In this document: piece by piece, positions 49,900 to 63,985 of the stretch
How the letters are laid out: every line of letters starts with the position of its first letter
Numbering within the stretch: position 1 is the stretch's first letter
Assembly: GCF_001194135.2 (NCBI RefSeq)
Contig: NC_068994.1
Span: forward strand, 29,020,773-29,084,772
Source: Octopus bimaculoides
Taxonomy: Eukaryota
DNA: 64,000 nt
Direction: 5' to 3'
Position numbers and translations under genes: made by a program
Notes under the pieces: generated by a model
What the model was told of the DNA's origin: nothing
The model's input: the letters and a program-made list of their open reading frames with translations, nothing else
Databases searched by the model: none

Positions 49900-51480
49900 C
49901 AACAATGAGATAACACAGCTGGTTATATCAACATAGCACTGAGGGTACTCTAGACCCAAATGATATAGGGGAGGAATCCATAGAAAGAAACAATGTAGAA
50001 ATAAATAATGAAAAAGATGCAGTTATTCGTGAGCTAAGCAAAATCAAATACTCAGATATGCAAGACAAGAGAGAGCCTACTGAAAATCCAAATATTTACA
50101 TTGGAATAAAAAAAAAACATCAAAATAAATTACGCTGCCTTGAAGATACTGTTAAATGAAATCAATAATGACATAACAAATATAAATCAGGCAAACTAAG
50201 CCACAACATCTGCAGCATATAAAGAATTAAGAAGTAAGATTAAGAAAAGTAAACTTGTCAAGTACAAGGTACCAACATGGAAGGTTAAGATCCAAAAAGA
50301 AACAGATGCTTTAAGAGGAGAATTCCCCATTCTGGATGAATTGGCAATAGGTTTTATCATTAACTCAAAAAATAAACAAATATATAAATCTCAAAACAAT
50401 CATGAAATACTTAGCGTTAAGGAAGCAGCCAAGCAAAAGCAAAAATGCAACTAAAGGCATAAAGAATATGTAGAGTTGAAGAACGTATAAAATAAGATAT
50501 TTGAGACCGACATGAAGAAGTGTAATAGGGAGACAGGAAAAACAAAGAAAGAGGGTTAAAACTCCTCCCTCAATTAACAAAGTTCACAAATTTGGGGAAA
50601 AAATATGGAATGAATCAAAATAGCAGAACCAGACAGTGGAATGGATAGAGAGAGAGAGAGAGAGAAAAAAAGAAAGGAAAATATTCAACAACAGATATGG
50701 AAGGACAGTTATGTGGAAAGCATAAGAATAGTTCTTAAAAAAGCTCAAAAACTGGAAGTCCCTAGGAATAGATAAGATTTCAAATATCTGGCTGTCTAAT
50801 CTTGCAGCATAACATAAACTATTAGCTAAGTCTTTTTCTTATTTAATAAAAATGCCTTCTGAAACTCTTTTGTGGTTAGCATAAGGTTGAACTTTTCTTC
50901 TTCCCAAATCTGATGAAAGTCATGGCCCAAAGAACTATAGGCCTATCACTTGTCTATCCAGTTGACATATCCATCATAACAGAACATATGTACAATTCTA
51001 GTCAAAAAATAGTATCCTCTTAAACAGAAGGACTGTAAAAGAAGCTCCACATGGCTGCAGAGATCAACTTCTCAACTAAATGATTCTTGAAAACTGTCAT
51101 GATGGATAATCAAAACTAAGCATTGTATAGATAGACTATTGAAAGGCCTTTGATAGTGTACTTCATTCCAGAATTACCTTGGCATTAGAAATATACAGAG
51201 TCCTGTAATTTCAAAATGTCTGGAGCACAACAAAGCCCTATGGAACACAATGCTTCTGCTCAACCACAGTAAAGAGAGATATAAATGAAAAAGAATAAAA
51301 ATTAACTGTGATAATTTTCAAGAGAATTCTCTTTTTTCCTTTCTGTTTATACCTCATTCCTTTGTCTATTGAGCTCCACAGTACTCATTTAGGATATTTA
51401 ATACAAAACAAGACAATTAATCACCTTTTCTACATAGTCAACCCAAAATTATATGCTAAAGATGACAGCTACGAGGTCTT
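49900..51480 (+). mobile_element. Dong/R4-clade non-LTR retrotransposon, degenerate copy 1
   Basis: NWKS.GIDKI.NIWL; PKNYRPITCL; IDY*KAFDSV; INHLFY...KLYAKD. Confidence 0.85.
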
Positions 51481-52130
51481 ATCACACCATGCTTGCCACA
51501 CTCATCCACCTTCCAACAAAATAGTTAGAAGGCAACACCTCTCTCTCCACTCTTATTGTCTTTTTCATGTGAAACTTGAAGAATCTGATGAGGGATTGGC
51601 CAAAAAAGAAAGTGTTTGTCTTCATCCCTTTCAATCTCATCCATCATACAACCACTTTCCCCAAGGCTACCAGGCATATAAAACCTGCTTGCCCTTCCCA
51701 GTTTAAAGGTGGCAGAGTGATCTTCACAATGGGCTCAGTTGATAGCTGGAGCCATCCTACATGTGATAGCAAGTGTTTGACATAAACTCACAGGTCAGCA
51801 ATGCTTGGGCACTGGATGAGTGTGTGCAGGATGATTTCGTTGCTTTGCATGCATCTCAGACATGATTGGCTGATGGCTATTCTATGCCTGTAGAGTTTCT
51901 CTCAAACTGGCAATGCTCCCTTGTAACACTGCCAGGCCAGGGATTTCTGGAAGTTATCCAATGGTCCTCAGCTGAAAGTTTCCTGGAAGAGAATGATAGT
52001 TGATTGTCTTCAATGCCCAGAATCTCCCTAAGAACACCACTTTTACCCACCATTAATTATCCATAAAAGATTAAGGTGGATTTTCTACCTATCACGATCC
52101 CCAACTAGAAGGCTGTGAGTGCCTGAAGAC
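51481..52130 (-). mobile_element. Tx1/L1-type LINE C-terminal fragment
   Basis: KSLAWQCYKGALPV.EKLYRH...SCLRCMQSNE.ILH.L.QCP zinc knuckle. Confidence 0.75.
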
Positions 52131-52199
52131 ATTCCAAGTGCTCTCTCTCTCTCTCTCTCGGTCTCTGCTTGACCCAGGACTGTTGTTCCATCAAAGAGA

Positions 52200-52915
52200 T
52201 GAGCTGGGGGAACACATGTCTATAATAATAGTAATACTATTTTTTAACTACAAGGGTTGACAAAAGATCTAGGATAGCAGAGGATGATACAGAGTGAGAT
52301 GACATAAAGAGAAATTATAGAGCCTTCACCACCTAAAAAAAATTCAAACAAAGAAAAGTTCCCCTAAAGGAAAGATATGCCTCTGAAGGTTACTTGTGGA
52401 AACCTTACAAAAGCTATGCCCTGAACACTAAGGCAAGTGCCTTTTTTTAACTGTTCTTCTGGTGCATGCTCAGAGCAGGCCTGATCACTTGGACTATACT
52501 ATGTTTACCATACTCATTCCCCTTTCAACAAATTTGTTGGGTGGCAACACATGTCTCTTCACCCTCATTTTCCTTTTCAGGTGAGACTTTAAAATATTGT
52601 TGAGGACTTCGCTAAAGCGGAAGGTGTTTGCCTTCTGCTCTATTAATCTTGTCCACAACTAAACCTCTTTTGCCAAGGCGACCAGATCAAAGGAACATGG
52701 TAGGCAGATCTGTCCTACATATAACAACAGTTGCTTGACACAAGTTAGTAATGCTTGAGCACTGGAAAAGCATGTTCAGAACAGTTTTGTTACTCTGGAC
52801 ACATCTGAAACAGGCCCAGCTGGCAGCAGTTCTGTGTCTGTAGATTTTATTTTGAATTAGAATTGCCTCCACTTCACTTTGGTAGTACTGCAAGCGAAGG
52901 GTTTCTGCAAATTGT
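52200..52915 (-). mobile_element. Second Tx1-type C-terminal fragment with 3' UTR
   Basis: KIYRH..ASWACFRCVQSNKTVLNMLFQC; HLKRKMRVKRHVLPP. Confidence 0.7.
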
Positions 52916-52969
52916 CCAATAATAATAATAATAATAATTGATTCTACCAGCTTGATGCTGTCAATAACA

Positions 52970-53629
52970 ATAATAATAATAATCCTTTCTACTATAGGCA
53001 CAAGGCCTGAAACTTTGGGGAAGGGATTAGTTGATTACATCGACCCCAGTGTTTCACTGGTACTTATTTCATCAATCCCAAAAGAATGAAAGGCAAAGTA
53101 AAACTCAGCGGAATTTTAACTCAGAGCACAATGATGAGCGAAATACTGCTAAGCATCTCACCTGATATGCTAATGATTTTTCCAGCTCACTGCCTTATCA
53201 ATAATAATAAGATGCAGTACCAGGCACTGGTTCTCATGGCTTCTGATCTTAACTGATTGGAAGTGTTATGTACATGTTTTGCCTAGGTATAAAAGATGGG
53301 CTACAACAAATATTCTGCTCAACACCACAGATTTGCTTGTCAGTCGTTTGACTTTAATCAGTTGAACATATCCCTTGGTGGTTGACGATATGTGCATCTC
53401 AGAAGTAGTTGGGGAGCATCATAGCCATATGCTGAGAAGAATCCTTTGGGGTTTGAATAATTCACCTCTAGAATCAACCCCTATGTTTCATTGGTGGTTA
53501 ATTTATCGACCCCAAAGGGATGAAAGACAAACCCGACCTTGGTAGAATTTGAACCCAGAACATAGTGACAGGCAAAATACTGCTAAGCGTTTCATCCAGT
53601 GTGCTAACGATTCTTCCAGTTCATTGCCT

Positions 53630-53630
<1 letters not shown>
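52970..53630 (-). mobile_element. SINE pile-up (family A, family C tail, family A) within (AAT)n tracts
   Basis: Copies at ~52990-53197, ~53205-53470 and ~53480-53630. Confidence 0.75.
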
Positions 53631-53680
<50 letters not shown>

Positions 53681-53682
<2 letters not shown>

Positions 53683-55960
53683 AATGAAGGAGGAGGTTGG
53701 CTCAACAGAGAAAATGAAAGGATGAAAGATGTGAAACAACAAGTAGGGGTTGAAGTGGCAGAGCTAAGGTAGGTCCTTAGCAACACATGCAAATAGAAGT
53801 TGCCATGAGTAGATCAAATACTATATTATTGGTTAAATACACTTACAGTAATGCACTATGTACTAGCAAGGAAATGAATGCACTGATACAAAGTTCTGAG
53901 AAAGTCCCCAATTGGTTGATAGAAGACACAACAGAACACCAACTGAAAATACCAGAAACCAAAACACTGAAGAACTATAGACCTATTACATTCCTTACCA
54001 AAACTCAAAAAATTTTAACTTCAATACTTATTAAAAGAATATACACTTAATTTGAAGTAAACACCATCATTCCACAAGTACAAAATGAAGGTAAACGGAA
54101 CCGCTGTGGATGTAAAGACTAACTGATGATCAACAAAATAATACAAGAAAAAACTGTCATACACAAAATAAGAACTTAAGTACTGCATGGATTAATTACT
54201 GGAAAGCTTTCAATAGTTTTTGCCATGAGTGGATATTGAAAGTCCTAGAAATATACATCTTTCTAGTAATCTCCTTCTTCAACATGGTACGACAAAATGG
54301 ACACCTCTAATTTTAAACCATGATTACAGGCATACGATCAAGCAAAATCAAAATAAACTGAAATTTTCTAAACTGACTCTATTTCACCTCTCATGTTCTG
54401 TATGGCACCCTTCTCACTTTCTAGTGAACTGAATAACACAGAGTATGGATACAAACTAACAACAACAACAGCAAAATCAATTACTTATTCTTCATGGGTG
54501 ACCTGAAACTATATACTATGAATGACCAGGAGTCAGAAGAACTTTTAGCAATGGTAAAGCAGTTTATCATTAACACTATAGGAATGGAATTTAGGCTTGA
54601 TAAGTGTGCAAAACAATTTTTAAGACAGGAAAGCCCACTGCAATGTTATCCATCAAAATTGAGCAAGAAACCACTAGGCAACAACTACATCATAAAGGCA
54701 CTTACAAATATCTAGATATAAATGAGAGCAACGGAATCCAACATACTCAAATGAAGGAAAAGATCCAAAAAGAGTTTTTCAGGAGTGAGGCAAGTTGTGA
54801 AAACTTAACTCAACTCTAAAAATTGAAGTAAAACCATCAACATCTTAGCTGTACTTGTGCAATATGGTTTCAATGCCATCAACTGAAACTAATCTGACCC
54901 TCTGGGAATGGATAGAAAAGCATGGAAACTTCTCACTCTTAACAAAAAGCACAACACTTAGGCAGACACTGATTGTCTCTACCTGCTGAGAAAAGATGGA
55001 AGAGGACTCATCCAACTTGAATTATCCTATTAAATAACCCTGATTGGCCCACAAACATATTCAAACAAAACCAGAGATTGGATGATGATATTAGTAAAAG
55101 ACTACAGAAACAAGAAGCGACTCCATTCTGAAATGAAAGAGGCAAGGAAATACAGAAAAAAACTAAGAATCAATTACATATTAAAATGCAAATGAAAATG
55201 ACCCATTACCAACCAAGACCACTAGAATTCACAGAAGGCAAAATCTGAGCGCTTTAAAACTCTGAAAGACAGATGACAACAAAATTTCTGCATGGCTAAT
55301 ACCCACTTTACAATCAGGATGCTGATGTTGACCAATTACAAAGCTATCAGTGGTTTGAAAGTTCAGGGCTAAAAGCAATATGGAATGAGTCATCCTTACT
55401 GTCCAAGACCAGAGCTTATTTACAAGAAACTACAAAGAGAACATCCTCAAACATGGAGCAAGTCCAAAGTGCAGAAACGGAGATGAACAAGTTGAGACAA
55501 TAGATCATACAGTTTTAGGCTGCTCCACTTTGGCTCCAACTGAATAAAGCTAGGCATGATCAGATTGGCCAACACATTCACTGGACACTATGTAAGCATT
55601 ATGGTGCAGAGCCCCTAATTTTATAGAATTTTAGAGTCCACATGGGTTGCATCATAAATGCCAATAAGCCTGATATTATTATAAATAAGTAGGCATGTTT
55701 TATTTCTAGAAGAATACAACAAATTTGCAAGGTACAAACACCTAAAAGTCAAAATTAGTAAAATGTAGCAATCAAAGACACTAACGGCCCCAGTTGTAAT
55801 TGGTGTACTTGGAGTCATAAAGAAAGGCTTACACGAGTTTCTTGCAAACATCTCTGGTAAACACATTCAGAACACTCAAAAAAATCATCCTCGACTGCAT
55901 GGCTCACATTTTACACAAATTTTAATCTTTGCAAAACTGAATAATTAATACTGAATTCCC
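53681..55960 (+). mobile_element. Dong/R4-clade element, degenerate copy 2, starting immediately after (TAA)~16
   Basis: NYRPITFL; LFFMGDLKLY; GMEFRLDKC; GRGLIQL; CCHC-like C..G..QVETIDH.V.GC; RLE-like end. Confidence 0.85.
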
Positions 55961-56439
55961 TTCCTTTATACCTTTTTTTAAAAAATATATTTTATTATTA
56001 AATTTATACATCTATATACTGAATCTAAATTAGATCTATACCTTTTCATAGCTACATTAGGCTGTGGAATACCACCACTGCATGACAATACCTGGTTCTT
56101 TGGTAGCAATTTTGAGATAATGGGGTTAATTGATACCAGAGAGATCAAAGGCAAACTTGAAGTAGGTGGTATTTGAATCCAAACTATAAAGAACTAAAAG
56201 GAATACAAGGCATTTTGTCCAACACTCAAATGATTTTGTAAACCAATAAAAATTTTAAAAAATAGATAATAACAAAAAATAACAAAATAATAATAGCAAT
56301 AATTTCTGAGGCACAATGCCAGAAATTTTGGAGAAGAGTTTTAATTGATTAATTCAATCCTAATATTTGACAAATGCATTATTTTAGTGAGTCTAGAAGG
56401 ATTTATCATCAAGAGTTGAAATCACAAGTTAAAGAACTG

Positions 56440-56985
56440 GAATAAATAACCCTTCCACAGGTAGGGTGTGACATTTCTTCACACAGCAGTCCTGTTCCAT
56501 ACACAACGCATGATTATACCAGTGTAGTTTTCTCTCTTGCACACCACTTCTGATGCTTCTTAGGTCCAGCTTTTCTCTCAGGATGCTTACACTCTGCTGT
56601 GTATGCACACTGACATTACACATTTAGCGGAGAATACTAGCTTCATTTCTCAAGCCTATGCATGTCCTCAGCAGTCACACCTGATGTTTCACTGCTGTGT
56701 AGCATGGTTGTTCGTACACAAGCATCATACAGTTACCTTTTACTCTGCGCAAGAGGCCCTTTGTTACCAGCAGAAATAGGAGCTCTCTGAACTTTGACCG
56801 AGCTATTCTTATTCTAGCAGCTACACTCTCAGAGCATCCACCCCCACTACTGACTTGGTCACCTAGGTAATGGAAGCTATCAACTACTTCTAGTTTTTCC
56901 CTTGGCATATGATGGAATCTGTTTTCTGTACATCTTCGGTGTTTATTGCACCTGTGCATCTATCACACACAAAAACTATCTTCCC
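56440..56985 (-). mobile_element. RTE LINE C-terminal fragment
   Basis: KLEVVDSFHYLGDQVSSGGGCSESVAARIRIA..KFRELL. Confidence 0.88.
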
Positions 56986-58049
56986 AGTTAACCTTCCTTT
57001 GAAGGTAGTAGTAGTAAAGAAGCTGATGAGATATTGACCAGAGAGTAAAAGCTGGCCCTTGATCTTTTTAACTGTGTTGATCCTACAGCCTCTTTCACCA
57101 TAGCCTTCAGGCAGTAGAATAAATATATAGATAACAGAAACAACAATAATCTTTCAGCTATAAGGCACAAAGCTTGAAATTTATGGGGAAGGGGCTGGTT
57201 GATTACATCGACCCCAATGTTCAACTGGTACTTATTTCATTGACCACCAAAAGGATGAAAGGCAGAGTCAACCTTGGCGGAATTATAAATATAGGATGTA
57301 AAGATGGACAAAATGTCGCAAAGCATTTTGTCCAGGTTACTAATGATTTTGCCAGCTCACAACCTTAGCAGTAGTAGTAGTAGAAGTAGTAGTAGCAGCA
57401 GCAGCAGTAGTCATAATCTATCTATCTATCTCTATACTATAATGGAGAAAGCTGCTTATTAATTAGATATGTAACAATTACTAAAAGTACTAAAAGAAAG
57501 CAATTCTTAAAGGGTTGACTGTCTGGAAATATTTTTATAAATTCATGTTCTAAGAAATTTACTATAATTTTGATTTCTCAAGTTTATTGAATTTTTTAAA
57601 CTCCAATTTCTTGCAAATTTAAATATTCACTGCATCCAATTCATCACAAATTTAAATATTCATTGCATTCACTGCAGAGTATTCCATTTTCATTTGCAAA
57701 GTCTTTCACTTAATCTTTTAAGTTTTAATTCGCTATTAATGTATACATAATGTAAAAACATTATTTATTGAATGAAATTTTTTATAAATTTCCATATAAT
57801 TTTTGAATGCAGGATAGCTGCGAGAAGAACCCAAAAAGTTGGGGAATTACTATTAGAAGACGAGGAGAAAAAAAAAAAAAAGTTACCGACAACTACTTGA
57901 AACTTGCTCCTTATACATAGTTTCCAAACAACTTCAACAGTGACATACATACACCAATACACACTTGCGCACATACATAGATATACACATACACACAAAT
58001 GAAAGGCAATGAATGTGTGTGTGTGTGTGCATGTGTATGTGTGTGCGTA

Positions 58050-58107
58050 CTGTTCATTGACAAAACTTCATGTTGCATCACTTTTGTGAAGTTTTGTCAG
58101 TGAACAG
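58050..58107. repeat. 21-bp-arm hairpin (20/21 match, 16-nt loop)
   Basis: CTGTTCATTGACAAAACTTCA / TGAAGTTTTGTCAGTGAACAG. Confidence 0.8.
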
Positions 58108-58529
58108 GTCAGGGTTTTAAAGTGACGAAAATATTTTGACACAAATGAAGTTTTAATGTTGAAGTGAAACAAACGGTATTTGTGTGTTCTTGAATGGTTT
58201 ACAAACATCTTCCATGCTGCAATTATTTTTGTTTCAGCACACAATCTCAGATCAAGTCACTTGCTATGCAAATACATCTCTATAATTTTTTAAAATTATT
58301 ATGGATAAATGCCAGCAATGACTTTCACAGTTTCTCCAATATTTTAATTTCTAAACAGAAACAATCAGAGGAAGGGAGTGGGGTTGCAAAAAATTCATAA
58401 TTTCTCAACTTTTCTTTTTTATATGTATGGGGAAAAAATATTGAAAAACATTAATATATGCGAAAGTGATAAAGAAACGAGGTGGGTTGTCTTTGGACGT
58501 GCTAGAAACAACAGCCAAGTCACCCTTAA

Positions 58530-58743
58530 CCCTTTCTTTACCAACTCAGCTGAAACTAGCTCTAGCTCTGAGTACAAATGTCTTGTTTTATTAAGTTTTG
58601 AATTAAAATCTTCCACCAAACCTTAGTCACAATTTATGTTCCTAACACTAGCTGAATGATACCTAAGTTATTTTACTAAATTCTTTGTTATATCTAAAGT
58701 AATTGAATACAGAGCATCTCAAAATAATACAGTAACGATAGGG
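58530..58743. mobile_element. piggyBac-like MITE with TTAA target-site duplication
   Basis: TTAA|CCCTTTCTTTAC ... GTAACGATAGGG|TTAA. Confidence 0.8.
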
Positions 58744-58969
58744 TTAAATCACTTTTTCCTCTGAAAATATTAATTTTTTTTTTACTGAAAATGCTCTTCT
58801 CATGGTTTTGAAGTACAAAAAAAATTGGCCAAAATAAGTCCGAAGTGGGATGAAGGAGGGGGGTGTGTACAAAAAATGAGTTTTCAAATCTTCTTTCATA
58901 CAAAGATGATCTCCCCCACCAACCCCAACCTTATCATTTCAAAGGTTGTGGTTTAATAAAAATGGGGAA

Positions 58970-59036
58970 AATCCCTGAAAAAAATTTTACCCACAAATTT
59001 CTTTATAATTTGTGGGTAAAATTTTTTTCAGGGATT
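58970..59036. repeat. Perfect 30-bp inverted repeat with a 7-nt loop
   Basis: AATCCCTGAAAAAAATTTTACCCACAAATT-TCTTTAT-exact reverse complement. Confidence 0.9.
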
Positions 59037-59366
59037 GTAATCTATGCTGTTTGAAAGGGGTTTGAATAAATTTTCATTAAAAGATACCCATCTTCCTGAA
59101 AGTTATGAGGGAAAAAGTCAGATTGTGTGAATTTTCTGAAACTCCTGTCTCCACTGCCTTGCAAAAATTCTTTCCCATAAATCTATATATACTCTGATGC
59201 CACAACATCTAAGCAGTATCTGTAGAAAATTTTGTTAAAAAGTATCCACTTTTCTGAATGTTTATGAAGCAACAAAGTCAGCGAGGTATACATCTGTAGT
59301 TATGCTCTTTTATTTATACAATTTTTTTCATTTCATGTTTATTTCATCCATTGTTTGCAATGTTCG

Positions 59367-59401
<35 letters not shown>

Positions 59402-59734
59402 TCTCTCTCTCTTCCTCTCTCTCTCACACACACTGCAAACCTTACAGATGGGCTGCTGAACTGAAATCTCTATGTTGCTTTGAGGGGAAGGTAAAACTTG
59501 ACAAACTACTTCTTCCTCTGTTGTTGGACTACTGTGATGTTTGTTTAAAAAAAGAGAGATTATTTTGACTGTTATAAAATAAATGAAAGCAATATTTACT
59601 AAGCAAGTGAACACTATTATTCAAAGAAATAATTAAATGTAAAATATAAAAATTATTAGAAATGAGAATCAAATGTGAAAATATTAAGGGGCTAGCAGAA
59701 AATTGCCTGAAGGGCGGTCTTTTTGCTAGTAATA

Positions 59735-60172
59735 ATAATAATCCCTTCTACTATAGCCACAAGGACTGAAATTTTTGGGGAGGAAACTAGTCGATTACAT
59801 TGATCCCAGTACTCAACTGGTACTTAATTTATCAATCTCGAAAGGATGAAAGGCCATGTCGACCTCAGAGGAATTTGAATTCAGTACATAAAGACAAAGT
59901 GCAGCTAAGCATTTTGCCTGGCATGCTAACGATTCTGCCAGCTCACTGCCTTAATAATAATTCTTTCTACTCTAAGCACAAGGCCTGAAAATTGGGGGAG
60001 GGGATGAGTCAATTACATCAATCCTGGTGTGTCACTGGTATTTAATTTATTGACCCTGAAAGGATGAAAGGCAAAACTGAACCCAGTGGCATTTGAACTC
60101 AGAATGTGAAGACAGACAAAACACTGTTAAGCATTTCGTCCGGTCTGCTAACGATTCTTCCAGCTTGTTGCT
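59735..60172 (-). mobile_element. Tandem dimer of family A SINEs separated by (AAT)n; other family A copies at ~28255(+), 46595(-), 57160(-)
   Basis: Two consecutive ~200-bp copies. Confidence 0.85.
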
Positions 60173-60186
60173 TTTTAATAATAATA

Positions 60187-60218
<32 letters not shown>

Positions 60219-60699
60219 AATAATGGTAAAATTGATAGTGACAGTAAAAGCAATTGTATTAGAATAAATAATAATGTCAGTGGTAATAGTAGTGATGAAG
60301 CAGATAATAATAATATTGATAAAGAAAATTAAAGTAAATGTATCAGACCAAGTAGTGATGGAGGGAACTGTTGAAGAGGGGGACTATGAATTGTATATTT
60401 TGTACTTGCTTATTGTGTTGGTCTAGAGGGAGTGTCTAGTGATTTTCAGATTTTGGTGAATATATACTGTAATTAGATGATAATTTATTTTCGAATGCAG
60501 AGAAGCCGTTAGAATAGCAGAAACATTGGGTAAATTACCCTTACAAAGTGGAAAAATTTGTCAGCAAACAGTCATGTTTCTGCTGTTCTAAGAATGTATC
60601 TGCATTTGAAAATAAATTATCATCTTATTTGTATCTATATACACATTTCAGCACTAACAAAGAATATGTTAAGTTTGTTTATATTTATGTACTGTAATT

Positions 60700-63600
60700 A
60701 GGTTTAAAATAAACATAATGGTTGGGCCAAATCCACCAAGTATACTTAGTGAGGAGGGTTGTAGTTGGACACCCTGCAGGAAGAAAAACCAAACCCATAA
60801 AATGGTGGATGAACTTGTTTGAGTCAATGGCCATCCAACAAAGTGTATATGAGGGCAGGTGTGAACCCTCTGAGCTTTGGTTGGCTACCCACCTGGTGAT
60901 GGTGTCATGATAAAAATACTGGTGATTGCACAACCTTATAAATGCTACTTCAGAATGAGTGATGTCATATTCAAGTAATAACCATAACTGCTTTAATGGG
61001 ACTAGAACTGTTAACAGAGAAGTTGTCATGCACGACAGGCAAGGAGTGTCTGATCAAGCACCAGCAGATCGTCATCAAACCATTGATCAGAATCAAAGTT
61101 AAAAGTGCAGTGGAAGAAAAATGAAATGGGGAAAAGAGGCAATCAAGACTGTGATTGAATGTTGGCTGAGAAGTGAGCCAAATAAATGAGGTCTCATGAA
61201 ATGAATGAAGAGAATATGGAATAAAAAGGGAGTCTTTGAAGCTTTCACCCAACAACTGATTAGACCCAGAAGGGCAATTCATAAAGATGATTGGATTACA
61301 AGATCAAAAATTGAAGTAATTCAGAGAAAAATAAAAGATGAACAGGAAAAGTGTGAAACAATAATAGCAGAAAGTAGTAATGAAAGGGTAAGAAATGAAA
61401 AAGAAAGACATCACAATGTACCTGAGAATGCTGACAAAGTAAATAGTGAATTTGATTTAGCTAGACAAATAGCAATAAATGTTATGTAAGAATTGACCAA
61501 TGAAGAGAAGACAATTCTAGAAGTGCTGTGAGGTAAAATGTGTGGTGTGAACAATGAAGTGCCATCAAACATAAGGTATATGGGCAGAGGGAAAGTAAGG
61601 AGAGCTACAGGCAAAGTAAGTGGAATTTTGGTCTTGGTTAAAACAGAGAACATTAGTGAAACAAACCAGCTAATCATAACTGCAGCTAATGCTGTAGCTG
61701 ACATAATAGGATGCAAGTGGAAGACTGTTGTAGAAAAGAAAGAACTAAACTGGAGGAAAAGAATACAAATGAAGTTGGAAAAAATACAGAAAGAAGTAGG
61801 GCAATTGAATAGGATAATGAGAAGAGAACTGAAGAATGAGATAGCAATCAGAAAACTGAATGGACAGAAGAGGTTAGAAGAAAGGGGAAATCAAACTGTA
61901 CATGAAGAATTGTCACAAAGAGTGATAGCGTTAAAGGCCAAATTAAAATGAATGATGCCAAATGCAAAGATTTTGAACAGAATAGATTGTTTCTATCAAA
62001 TAGGTGTTTTTTTGAAGAAATAGAATGGGGAACAACATCAGGAAGTGATTTCAGATGTGGAAGAAAATAAAGTATTTGGAACAGGCCAGTGAGACAGAGA
62101 GAAAGTGCAGAGTGGCGAACACAGGTGGAGAGACAACTTGCAACTGTAGCAAGACAAAAAGGACATCAGAATTGATCTGTATTCAGAGAGAGAAGTTTTA
62201 AAAAACAGCAAACTGGAAAGGAGCTGGCCTGGATGGAGTACAAGGTTACTGGCTGAAGAATTTTCACAATAGCACGAAAGGATCACTACACACCCAGATG
62301 AATACCTACAGCATGGATGTATCCCCACCTGGATGACAAGTGAATGAATGCTATGTCTCAAGGACCCCTTGCAAGGTAAATTGGTATCAAATTTTCAAAC
62401 TATAACCACTTGCATGGAAGCTTATAACTGGTGTCTTAGCAGAAAAGTTATATAATCATCTGGAAAGAAACAATCTACTTCCAGTAGAGCGGAAAGGATG
62501 CAGGAAGCAAAGTAGGGCAACAAATGACCACTTATTAGTTGATAAAATGATAATTAGAAATTGTAGATGCAGATTGATGAAATTGAAAGTAGCATGGTTG
62601 GATTACAAAAAAGCATATGACATGGTACTACAGAGATGGATAAGTAAAACAATGAGCATATTTGGAGTGGCAGAAAATATGGAGAAAATGGTTAATGAAA
62701 GTATGAAACATTGGAATATTGAATTGATTGGAAGAAAAAACAAGACTTGGTAAAGTGAACATCAGCCATGGTATATTTCAAAGTGATAGCTTATTTCTTT
62801 TAATATTTACATTGGTCATGATACTGCTCGGTTTGATATTACGAGCAGTTAAAATAGCTTGTGATTTGGGAAAAGGATATGGTCAGATAAATCATCTCAT
62901 TTTATGGATGATATAAAGCTTTATGTGAAAAATAAGAAACAGCTTGAAAGTCTTGTACATGCTGTTTGCATTTTCTCAAATGATGCAGGTATGGAATTCA
63001 GGACTGAAAAGTGTGCTATGTTGATAATGGAACATGGAAGTTTTGAAGGAAGCCAGGAAAACCAGAAAAACTGTTGACTATGTATGGAGTCCATGATCTG
63101 AAAGCTGATATTAACCAGTTGTATTTGGAAAGAGACCAGAGTGGAAGAGGCTTAATTGTTGTGGAACAGTGTGTACAGATGGAAAGGAAAAGCTTACTAG
63201 AATATTTACAGAAAAGTACAAAGAAATTACTAAAGGCAATGAATAAAGAAGTGATCAAGTGTGGAATAGAAGAAATGGACAAGAAAGAAATTCAAAGATA
63301 GTATGTTAAACAGATTGAGAAACCTTTGTATGGTTAGTTTTGGAAAGTCACTGAGGATGTATGTGGAACAAAAACTAGGGCTTGACTGAATAAAGGGCAA
63401 TTGAAAAAAGAAACAGAGAACCTTATTATAGCAGTTCAAGATCAAGTGATAAAAACAAACAACTTGAGAAAATATGAGTATGGGGAGGTGTCAGCAAAAT
63501 GTAGAGTGTGTGGAATTTGGGATGAAACAATGGCACACATTGTTGCAGGATGTCCCCAACTTTCCTCAGGGATAATATAAAAAATGGGGGTATAACCAAG

Positions 63601-63985
63601 TTGTGAAAGTTGCTTGATTCGGAGAAATGCAAGATTTTATGGGATATTCCAATTCAAATGAATAACACAGAAAATAATAGACCAGATATAACAATAATAG
63701 ACAAGGAAAAGCAAAGTTGCTTACTAATTAATCAATCATGTCCATTTGATTCCAGGATTGTGAAAAAAGAAGTCGAAAAATTTTAAAAAATACAATCCCT
63801 TAAAATTTGAAATTGCAAGAATTTGGAATATGAAAAATGTAAAGGGCAATAAATGATGTATTAGGAACTGTGAGCAATGATATAGACAAATGGTTGAAGG
63901 AGATTGGAATGGAATGTCCTATAGAGCTTCTACTGAAAGTTTGTCTCATAGGAATAGGAAAGATTATCAGGTTTTGAGCACTTGA
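60700..63985 (+). mobile_element. Dong/R4-clade element, near full-length degenerate copy 3
   Basis: WRKRIQ.KLE; KGCRKQSRATNDHLLVDKMI; AWLDYKKAYDMV; GIFQSDSL; MDDIKLY; GRGLI; KCRVCG..DET..HIVAGCP. Confidence 0.9.

Noticed and set aside
60722-60850. HDV-like ribozyme in the Dong 5' UTR
   Set aside because: The pairings found (GGCCA/TGGCC, ATCCACCA/TGGTGGAT) are nested, not the double pseudoknot; needs a covariance search
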